Shown one piece after another: positions 18,316 through 25,966 of a stretch of DNA of 32,000 nt (the first letter of the stretch is position 1; each line of letters opens with the position of its first letter). Position numbers and translations under genes: made by a program. This stretch comes from an uncultured Chloroflexia bacterium (GTDB lineage Bacteria; Chloroflexota; Anaerolineae; Anaerolineales; Anaerolineaceae): positions 2,490,001 to 2,522,000 of the forward strand of contig OY969938.1 in assembly GCA_963704755.1 (NCBI GenBank), read 5' to 3'. The notes under the pieces were generated by a model. That model ran no database searches, was not told the origin of the DNA, and saw only the letters and a list, made by a program, of their open reading frames with translations.

Positions 18316-18530
18316 CCAATGGAGGAAGAACCTTTCAAATCCAGGCGGTTCTTGCTGGTACGCAGTGAGGACGAGAGCGGCGTCTCCGGAGTTGGGATCG
18401 TGGCCGAAGGGGTCCAGTTTCAGAGCGGGCGGGTGGTCATGGAATGGCAGGTGGCGCCGTACTCGATTGGAATTTATGGGTCAATCGAGGAGGTGATTGA
18501 GGTCCATGGGCATGGGGGAAAGACAAGGGT
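18175..18530 (+). repeat. direct repeat copy B
   Basis: See copy A. It aligns at a constant offset of 11708 without indels. Confidence 0.9.
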
Positions 18531-18546
18531 CTTACGATTGGCATGA
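18319..18546 (+). CDS. conserved hypothetical 75-aa protein (copy B)
   Basis: Paralogue of 6611..6835. The C-terminus differs (KTRVLRLA versus KTKVMGA). Confidence 0.55.
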   Translation: MEEEPFKSRRFLLVRSEDESGVSGVGIVAEGVQFQSGRVVMEWQVAPYSIGIYGSIEEVIEVHGHGGKTRVLRLA

Positions 18547-18690
18547 CCCATTTGGGTGATTTCTCTGGATGTAAAAAAAGCGAGTTGTTAAAAGGATTCT
18601 GTCTTTCGCCCTGGAATTATTCGGATATTCCACTTTTACCAGGAGGAAGATTTTCGGGATAAATAATCGATTAATTTCTCTCCGAAAAGT

Positions 18691-18719
18691 TTGCCCTGTC
18701 GTGAGAATCTGAGTATATT
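18691..18719 (+). promoter_or_regulatory. sigma70-like promoter candidate upstream of hsdM
   Basis: TTGCCC (18691-18696), a 17-nt spacer, then TATATT (18714-18719). It lies about 90 nt upstream of the hsdM ATG. Confidence 0.3.
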
Positions 18720-18806
18720 AAAATGTATACTATGCAGGGGGTTGCCCACTGATCACCAACCAATCATTGCCTGTAGCAGGCAAAGACCTCTTACCGGAAC
18801 GGACTC

Positions 18807-20340
18807 ATGCCTAAGAACAATCAAAAAAGTAAAAACGGGAACGGCGCTGCGCTGGGAATTGAACACGAACTATGGGAGGCGGCCGACAAGCTGCGCGGCC
18901 ACCTGGACGCGGCCGATTACAAGTCGGTGGTGCTGGGGCTGATCTTTCTCAAGTATGTCTCGGACATGTTCGAGCAGGTGCGTGCCCGTGTGGAGGAAGA
19001 GGGCTTGGACGATCCCGAGGACCGCGACGTGTACCTGGCGGAGCGGACCTTCTGGGTGCCCAGGGACGCGCGCTGGAAGGTCCTGCAGGACAATGCCAAG
19101 CAGGAATCGATCGGCAACCGGATCGACCAGGCCATGGAGGCCATCGAGCGGGACAACCCCTCGTTGAAAGGCATGCTCCCCAACAATTATGGTCGCGCCA
19201 CGCTGGACAAGCGCCGGCTGGGCGACCTGGTCGACCTGGTCAGCAACAAGATCAACTTTACTGACGAGGAAAGCCGCAAGCAGGATACGCTTGGGCGGGT
19301 GTACGAATACTTCCTCTCGCAGTTCGCCAGCCAGGAAGGCCGCAAGGGCGGCGAGTTCTACACGCCGCGCTCGGTGGTGCGTGTGCTGGTAGAAATGCTG
19401 GCTCCCTATAAAGGACGGGTCTTCGACCCGTGCTGTGGTTCGGGCGGGATGTTCGTGCAAAGCGAGAAGTTCGTCGAGGCGCACGGCGGCCGGGTGGGCG
19501 ACCTGTCGGTGTACGGACAGGAATCCAACCCCAACACCTTCAAGCTGGCCAGGATGAACCTGGCCATTCGCGGCATCGAGGGCGACCTGGGCAAGGAGCC
19601 GGCCGACTCGTTCCACCGCGACCAGCATCCCGACCTGAAGGCCGACTTTGTGCTGGCAAATCCGCCCTTCAATATGAGCGATTGGGGCGGCGATCTGCTG
19701 CGCGAGGACAAACGCTGGCAGTACGGCCTGCCACCGGCCGGCAACGCCAACTTCGCCTGGGTGCAGCACTTCATCCACCACCTCTCGCCCAACGGGGCGG
19801 CCGGCTTTGTGCTGGCCAACGGCAGTATGTCGAGCAACACCTCCGGAGAAGGCGAGATCCGCAAGAACATCATCGAGGCCGACCTGGTGGACTGCATGGT
19901 GGCCCTGCCGGGGCAGTTGTTCTACAGCACGCAGATCCCGGTGTGCCTGTGGTTTTTAGCCAGGAACAAGAAGAACCGCGGCGGGCAGACCCTGTTCATC
20001 GACGCGCGTAAGCTGGGCACACTGACCGACCGGGTGCACCGCGACCTGAGCGACGAGGACATCGCCCAGATTGCCGGCACCTTTCACACCTGGAAGAAGG
20101 GCCAGGGCTACGCAGATGTACCCGGCTTTTGCAAATTGGTTTCGATTGAAGAAATCCGTGCGCAGGGTTACGTGCTCACGCCTGGGCGTTATGTAGGTGC
20201 AGCGGAACTGGAGGAAGACGACGAGCCATTTGGTGAAAAGATTGCAAGATTTAACAAGAGAGTTGGAAGAGCAGTTTGAAGAAGGGAGGAGATTAGAAGA
20301 CCTTATTAGTAAAGGGCTAAAAAAACTTGAATATGAATAA
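18807..20340 (+). CDS. hsdM: type I R-M N6-adenine DNA methyltransferase HsdM (frame breaks near 20250; annotated stop 20279, repaired stop 20340)
   Basis: The N-terminus is [33 protein letters not shown]. Motif I is [11 protein letters not shown] and motif IV is LANPPFN. After ...FGEKIAR the +1 frame reads [29 protein letters not shown], a typical HsdM C-terminal helix that overlaps the hsdS ATG. Confidence 0.9.
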
Positions 20341-21490
20341 AGAATGGGAATTGGTTAGGATTGGAGAAATTTGCGAAGCCATCTTCGATGGACCACACGC
20401 CACGCCTAAGAAAACAACCAAAGGCCCAATTTTTCTCGGTATTTCGAATCTTCAAAATGGAAGAATCGACCTTTCGGATGTCGATCACCTTTCGGAAGAT
20501 GATTTTATCAACTGGACCCGAAGAGTTACTCCCCGAGAAAATGATGTAGTTTTTTCATATGAAACACGCTTGGGTGAAGCAGCAATTGTTCCTAAAGGCC
20601 TGAGGTTTTGTCTGGGTCGGCGTATGGCATTGATACGTCCTAATACACAAAAAGTAGATCCCCGCTTTTTGCTTTATTCATACCTGGGGCCAGAGTTTCA
20701 ACAGACCCTGCAGGCACGAACAGTTCACGGAAGCACAGTAGATAGAATTCCGCTTATCGAATTTCCCGATTTTCCAATTTCTATACCTCCTCTTTCTGAA
20801 CAACGCGCCATTGCAGGGATTCTCGGTGCGCTGGACGACAAGATCGAACTCAACCGACGCATGAACCGCACGCTCGAGTCCATTGCACAGGCGGTGTTTC
20901 GAGAATTAATGAAGGATGAAGACGGAAAGATAACGACTGGTAAGGTTGGAGAAGAATACAATTTGACAATGGGACAATCGCCGCCAGGTGAAACTTATAA
21001 CGAAGAAGGTGTAGGGACTCCTTTCTATCAAGGGCGTCGAGATTTCGGCTTTAGGTATCCAGAAAATCGCGTTTATTGCACTGCCCCCACAAGGTACGCA
21101 AAATCGGGTGATACCCTTGTTAGCGTTAGGGCTCCTGTTGGTGATATTAATATGGCAAAGGAAGATTGTACAATCGGCAGAGGAGTTGCTGCAATCAGGC
21201 ATAAAACAGGTAGTCGTTCTTACACTTACTATGCAATGAAATACCTCGAAAACGATTTTAAGAGTTTTGAAGCAGAAGGAACAGTTTTTGGCTCAATAAA
21301 TAAAGCAGATTTCCAAAATCTTGAAATTAGCATCCCTACAATTGAACAGGTACAGAAATTTGAAGAAATTTGCTTCCCGATCGACCAAATGATCGAGAAC
21401 AATGAAAAAGAAACCCACACGCTGGCTAATCTGAGAGATAGTCTGCTGCCAAAGTTGATGCGAGGCGAAGTGCGTGTGAAGGATGTCTGA
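20333..21490 (+). CDS. hsdS: type I R-M specificity subunit HsdS (two target-recognition domains)
   Basis: WELVRIGEICEAIFDGPH...IPPLSEQRAIAGILGALDDKIELNRRMNRTLESIAQAVF is the central conserved region, and ...LANLRDSLLPKLMRGEVRV is the C-terminal conserved region. The gene is A+T-rich, unlike hsdM and hsdR. Confidence 0.9.
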   Translation: MNKEWELVRIGEICEAIFDGPHATPKKTTKGPIFLGISNLQNGRIDLSDVDHLSEDDFINWTRRVTPRENDVVFSYETRLGEAAIVPKGLRFCLGRRMALIRPNTQKVDPRFLLYSYLGPEFQQTLQARTVHGSTVDRIPLIEFPDFPISIPPLSEQRAIAGILGALDDKIELNRRMNRTLESIAQAVFRELMKDEDGKITTGKVGEEYNLTMGQSPPGETYNEEGVGTPFYQGRRDFGFRYPENRVYCTAPTRYAKSGDTLVSVRAPVGDINMAKEDCTIGRGVAAIRHKTGSRSYTYYAMKYLENDFKSFEAEGTVFGSINKADFQNLEISIPTIEQVQKFEEICFPIDQMIENNEKETHTLANLRDSLLPKLMRGEVRVKDV

Positions 21491-21593
21491 ACTATGATTG
21501 GAATGATTTTTGGATGGACTATGAGTGAACCGGGACGCATGGATAGGACCTTTGCATTCAGCTAAATCGTGATCCCAGACCAGGGGAAAAGGC

Positions 21594-22019
21594 ATGATCA
21601 ACGAACAATATCTCCACTCAGAATTGACGGGTAAAATCATCGGTTGCGCGATGGAAGTCCACAAAACGCTGGGGAACGGATTCCAGGAAGTCATCTATCA
21701 ACGTGCGTTGGAAATCGAAATGAGTCAGCAGGGACTGGCGTTCAGCCGCGAGCACGAAATGGACATTTTCTATAAAGGCGCCAAGATCGGCAATCGCCGC
21801 GTGGATTTCTTTGTAGAGGAGAAAATCATGGTTGAGATCAAGGCGATCATTCAATTGGAGGACGTTCACCTGGCCCAGGCCATCAACTATTTGGAAGCCT
21901 ACGGACTAGAAGTTGGTCTGCTGCTCAACTTTGGCAGCCGCAGCTTGCAATTCAAACGGGTCATGAAGCCAACAGGAGATCATGCAAAAATGCCTCGTCT
22001 AAATCAAAGTCCATCATAG
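21594..22019 (+). CDS. GxxExxY protein (PD-(D/E)xK-like, TIGR04256-type)
   Basis: SELTGKIIGCAMEVHKTLGNGFQEVIYQRALEIEM...DFFVEEKIMVEIKA...QAINYLEA...GLLLNFG is the characteristic pattern, including GFQEVIY. Confidence 0.85.
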   Translation: MINEQYLHSELTGKIIGCAMEVHKTLGNGFQEVIYQRALEIEMSQQGLAFSREHEMDIFYKGAKIGNRRVDFFVEEKIMVEIKAIIQLEDVHLAQAINYLEAYGLEVGLLLNFGSRSLQFKRVMKPTGDHAKMPRLNQSPS

Positions 22020-22061
22020 AATCATGGAAATCATAGTTCAAGACAATGCGTACATGCTACG

Positions 22062-22101
22062 GTTGATGCGGGGTGAAGTGCGCGTGAAGGATGTGGAGTA
22101 A
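22062..22101 (+). pseudogene. relic 3' end of an hsdS gene
   Basis: It reads (L)MRGEVRVKDVE*. Positions 22062-22094 match 21454-21486 (the real hsdS 3' end) at 30 of 33 nt. Confidence 0.65.
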
Positions 22102-22103
22102 AA

Positions 22104-23633
22104 ATGGAAGCTAAACTTACTGAGAACGCGCTAGATGCAGATTTTGTAGCTAATGGTCTTCTACGACACAATTATTTTCCAACCCAAAAGGAAGATAAAG
22201 ACGAATTACCTCAAGTCTTCACATCAACGGATCTTACTGTCGAATTAGCTAATCAAATAATAACTGGGAAACGCAGAAAAAAAGATGGTTTCGATACAAT
22301 TGAATATAAACTAACACGTTTCAATGGTGTTTCGAGAATATGTTCTATACCACATCCAGCAGCATATGCCGATCTTGCCATCTGTATTCGAGATAATTGG
22401 AGTTCAATAAAATATATATCTCAGAATGAAAAAAGCGTAATAAAACCTCAAAAACATGACGATGGGCGCATCATTATTATGGATTACGAAAGTTCAATTT
22501 TTAGAGAACGGCGCCAATTAAAATCAATGTTTTCTCGGCGATTCATGGTTAAAACGGATATATCAAATTGTTATCCAACTATTTACTCTCATGCAGTACC
22601 TTGGGCTCTTGTGGGTTTTGATGATGCGAAAAAGAAGAAAGGCCAACGCACAAATTGGTTTAATCAATTAGATGAAAAAGTCCGTTGGATGAAGCGAAAT
22701 GAGACGCAGGGTATCGCCATAGGTCCTGCAACTTCTAATATTATTTCTGAAATCATTTTGGCTCGAATTGATGAAAAAGCAGTGGACAATCCAGATTACG
22801 TTAAATTCATTGATGATTATACTGGGTATTTTTCAACCGAAAGTGATGCACAAAAATTTATTCGGGAATTGGAAGATAGCCTCGGAAAATATAAACTGCT
22901 TTTAAATTTAAAAAAGACACAAATTATTGAATTGCCCCAACCGTTATCAGATGATTGGATAACAGAACTCACTTTGCGTTTGCCAAAATCAAACGAAACA
23001 TACACAGTTACTCGTAATGAGGCTATACGATTTCTAAATTTTGCCGTGGGGTTATCGAAACAATCTCCAGATGGGAGTGTTATGAAATATTCTCTAAAGA
23101 GCATATTGAAGCAATCAATAGAAGAATCAGCGAAGATTGACATTTTACATTTTGCACTTCAATTATGCTTTCATAACCCAATACTTATTCCTTTAATTAA
23201 AAACATCTTGGCGGATCTTGACGAAAACGAGTTTGAAGAGGTCAGACCTCAATTGGAAGAACTTGCCATTCAAAACGCGATGTTTCATCGCTCAGATGGC
23301 ATGGTTTGGCCTCTTAGCTTTTTAGGATCAAGAAAAACTAATATCTCTGAAAGAGTTGTAGAGGAAGTTATTAAAACCAGGGATTGTTTACCATTGCTTA
23401 TGGTTTATGAATATGGCAATAAAAGCCAAAAAACGAAAATCATTCAAATCGCAGAAGAAATTATTAGTCATTCGGATAATTATGAAATTGATCAGTACTG
23501 GATGCTTCTATATCAGTTGTTCCTAGATGAAAAGATTTCAAATCCCTACAAAGATGAAGATTGCTTTGAGATTTTAAAAGTGTCAAATGTGTCATTCGTA
23601 AAAAACGAAGTCAATCGAACAGAAAATGTCTGA
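22104..23633 (+). CDS. Abi/UG-class (defence-associated) reverse transcriptase with an all-helical C-terminal domain
   Basis: Palm motifs: A = FMVKTDISNCYPTI (Asp codon 22557-22559), B = QGIAIGPATSNIISEI, C = KFIDDY (DD codons 22812-22817). There is no maturase, RNase H or integrase part. The 509-aa size and helical tail resemble single-gene AbiK/Abi-P2-type RTs. Confidence 0.8.
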   Translation: MEAKLTENALDADFVANGLLRHNYFPTQKEDKDELPQVFTSTDLTVELANQIITGKRRKKDGFDTIEYKLTRFNGVSRICSIPHPAAYADLAICIRDNWSSIKYISQNEKSVIKPQKHDDGRIIIMDYESSIFRERRQLKSMFSRRFMVKTDISNCYPTIYSHAVPWALVGFDDAKKKKGQRTNWFNQLDEKVRWMKRNETQGIAIGPATSNIISEIILARIDEKAVDNPDYVKFIDDYTGYFSTESDAQKFIRELEDSLGKYKLLLNLKKTQIIELPQPLSDDWITELTLRLPKSNETYTVTRNEAIRFLNFAVGLSKQSPDGSVMKYSLKSILKQSIEESAKIDILHFALQLCFHNPILIPLIKNILADLDENEFEEVRPQLEELAIQNAMFHRSDGMVWPLSFLGSRKTNISERVVEEVIKTRDCLPLLMVYEYGNKSQKTKIIQIAEEIISHSDNYEIDQYWMLLYQLFLDEKISNPYKDEDCFEILKVSNVSFVKNEVNRTENV

Positions 23634-23779
23634 CAACACACTGTACCAACAAAATAAATATACTCATGCCGGCCCAGCGGCGGAAAGAGTTATTGTCTTT
23701 GCTGGAAGCTTTTTTACATGCCAGGCTACGTCCGCGATATGAGGGATAAGAGTAGGAATAGAATTTCTTAAGGAGGTTA

Positions 23780-23842
23780 ATGATGAAAGCGTTAGGAAAA
23801 ACGACCGAAACAGAACAACAAAATTTCAGTACAATATATTAA
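23780..23842 (+). CDS. micro-ORF (20 aa) with a canonical SD
   Basis: AAGGAGG (23770-23776) precedes ATGATG at 23780. It encodes MMKALGKTTETEQQNFSTIY*. Coding status is unproven. Confidence 0.25.
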   Translation: MMKALGKTTETEQQNFSTIY

Positions 23843-23873
23843 AACTGTTTTTTTGAGCAGGAGGGGTGGAATT

Positions 23874-24374
23874 ATGATTGAAATTGTTTCCAACCTTTTT
23901 ATCGGTAATGAACAAGATTATGAGTATCGAGTAAAGGGACAGACTGGCTGGAGAGTAGTCCATGCTTGTAAAGAGCCATATCACCGGCAAGCACTTGGAT
24001 ATAAGTCTCGTGGAGCTCCTAAAGATCACCCAGAATACCTAATTGCACAAAGAGGTGATCGCCTTATTCTAAATTTAGTAGATGCTCCCAGCCCTGCTTT
24101 TATTCCAAAAGAAATAATTGATGGTGCTCTTGAGTATATACATAAAGGATTAAGCGAAGGTCGAAAAGTTTTGGTTCATTGCAACCTTGGTGAATCGCGT
24201 TCCCCGAGTATTGGGCTACTCTATTTAGCAATATATACCAATATACTTCCAGATGAGTTTGCCTCGGCGGAACAAAAATTCCACGAAATATACCCCTTAT
24301 ATAATCCTGGTGCGGGTATCCGAGGATTTGTTATAAGCAATTGGGACTTGTATCAATCACGAAAGGAGTGTTGA
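23874..24374 (+). CDS. Cys-X5-Arg (dual-specificity/PTP-like) phosphatase
   Basis: AGGAGG lies 7 nt before ATG 23874. The N-terminus IVSNLFIGNEQD and the P-loop VLVHCNLGESRSPSIGLLYL (HCxxGxxRS) are present. Confidence 0.8.
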   Translation: MIEIVSNLFIGNEQDYEYRVKGQTGWRVVHACKEPYHRQALGYKSRGAPKDHPEYLIAQRGDRLILNLVDAPSPAFIPKEIIDGALEYIHKGLSEGRKVLVHCNLGESRSPSIGLLYLAIYTNILPDEFASAEQKFHEIYPLYNPGAGIRGFVISNWDLYQSRKEC

Positions 24375-24376
24375 CT

Positions 24377-25958
24377 GTGAAACTAACATTCTATCTTTTC
24401 AACGATACAGTTCATGATTTCAATGGCGCTCTTGACCTGGACAAACTAGATGAAGAAGAGGGATTTAAAGAAATTGAGTTGATCGAGGGTTTGCCGTTTG
24501 TGGCCAAGGCATATTTTCAACAAAATAAAAAGACAAAACCCCAATGGTTAGATTTTATAAAAGACTATGTCAAGGTAAATGAGGAAGAAGTATTCAATAC
24601 AACAAATTCATTTCTGCTACTCATAATGTGTGAAAACAGAATCTTTGCGATTAATCAGGGTTTTGGCTTTTTAGCCCTTAATCGTAAAAAGCTTGAGAAG
24701 GGATTTGGCCTAAAGGTTGTTCTGAATGAGATTGACCCCCAAAAAATTAAAAGTGTTGAAGCAAGGAATATAGACACAACAACAAAACAAAAAAGAGTCT
24801 TAATAAACAGAAGTAGTCCTCTTTACGAATTTGATTTTGATTTCGATGAGGATTTAGTGAGTATCATTTCTGGACGGCCCAGCGATGCAGCGCTTGCCCG
24901 TAAATTGATGGGATCTGATTCTCTAAGTCTTAATGCGGATATTGAATTTGTAGATTTAGGCGAAAAGTGTTTGCAACTTCTTATTTCTTTTAACAAAGAT
25001 AATTACCACCAGAATTTCCCTTTTATTGATTACTTACAAGTTGTAAGGGATGAAGAGTTACTTGTACAACTTGAGGATGTTTTAAAGACCAACATTAATA
25101 ACCGAGACCCAGAAAATCTAAATCTGGCATACCCTGAAATACCCGATTTTGAGCAAATTGAGAATTTCAAGATATGGTCTGGTCACGATCATAATTTTGT
25201 AGAGGATGTTGATATAACACAACTCTTCAATTTTCTGGATGAATATGAACTTGATTGTGATGTGGAAGGTATTTACATAAGTGGTGTGAACAGCGATGAG
25301 CAACAAGTAACTAAGAAGTTTAGCCTTCATGACTTCGTTGTTTTTGAAACAGTCTTTTCCGATACGCGGTATATATTATCATTGAACCAGTGGTTTGAAC
25401 TTGCTAGCGATTTCGTCGACAGGGTAAATCAAGAATTGATTCATATCCCAGAAATTGAGTCTGACTTTTTACCTGCCTTACACTATGGGGATAGAGAAGG
25501 CGCATATAATTCTTCTGTAGCGGAAAGTAGAACCGATATTGTTTCATTGGACAAAAATAATTACATGGTTGAAGGTGAAGGACAAAGTAGAATTGAGGTA
25601 TGCGATCTCCTGACGGAAAACAAAGAATTTATTTGTGTAAAGAAATACAACGGTTCTTCAACCTTAAGCTCACTTATTTAATCAAGGCTTTGTTAGCGCG
25701 ACCCTGCTTAATGATGAACAACGGTATCGCAATTTCATTATTTCTGAATGTCCTGCTGGATTTGTTGATCCTGTTATTACCGAAACAGGTTTGGAAAGAG
25801 AAAAGATTACTTTTGTTTTCGCAATCGCAACGGATACCACTGGGCCACTTGCTGAAAATTTACCATTCTTTAGCAAGGTTAATCTTGTTAAGACAAATAA
25901 AGCCATAAAACGAATGGGCTTTGATGTAAAAATTTATAAAATAGAAATCGTTCCTTAA
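24377..25958 (+). CDS. TIGR04141/DUF6119-like protein (frame breaks at about 25670; about 526 aa when bridged)
   Basis: GTG 24377 lies 8 nt after AAGGAG and 3 nt after the phosphatase stop. The listed ORF ends ...GSSTLSSLI*. The next frame, open from 25668, reads HLFNQGFVSATLLNDEQRYRNF...KIYKIEIVP* to 25958. The joined block IEVCDLL..ICVKK..SSTLSHLFNQG fits my recollection of this family. Confidence 0.65.
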
Positions 25959-25966
25959 GGTAATCC

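Noticed and set aside
18129-18338. 69-aa minus-strand ORF
   Set aside because: It lies antisense to the orphan TadG-like 3' fragment in repeat copy B. Its plus-strand homology to 6467-6607 explains the open frame.
18870-19781. 303-aa minus-strand ORF and several plus-strand out-of-frame ORFs within hsdM
   Set aside because: The hsdM frame carries the methyltransferase motifs. The others are shadow frames.
25600-25908. 102-aa plus-strand ORF and 74-aa minus-strand ORF (25682..25906)
   Set aside because: The third frame encodes the family-typical continuation HLFNQGFVSATLL... of the TIGR04141-like protein. The two listed ORFs are by-products.
6823-25966. Possibility that the abrupt compositional switches are chimeric assembly joins
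   Set aside because: This is not fully excluded, but three features are hard to produce by mis-assembly. The junctions are embedded in homologous repeats with synonymous divergence. A relic hsdS tail is present. The operon spacing is tight (2 nt and 8 nt). Read mapping should confirm.
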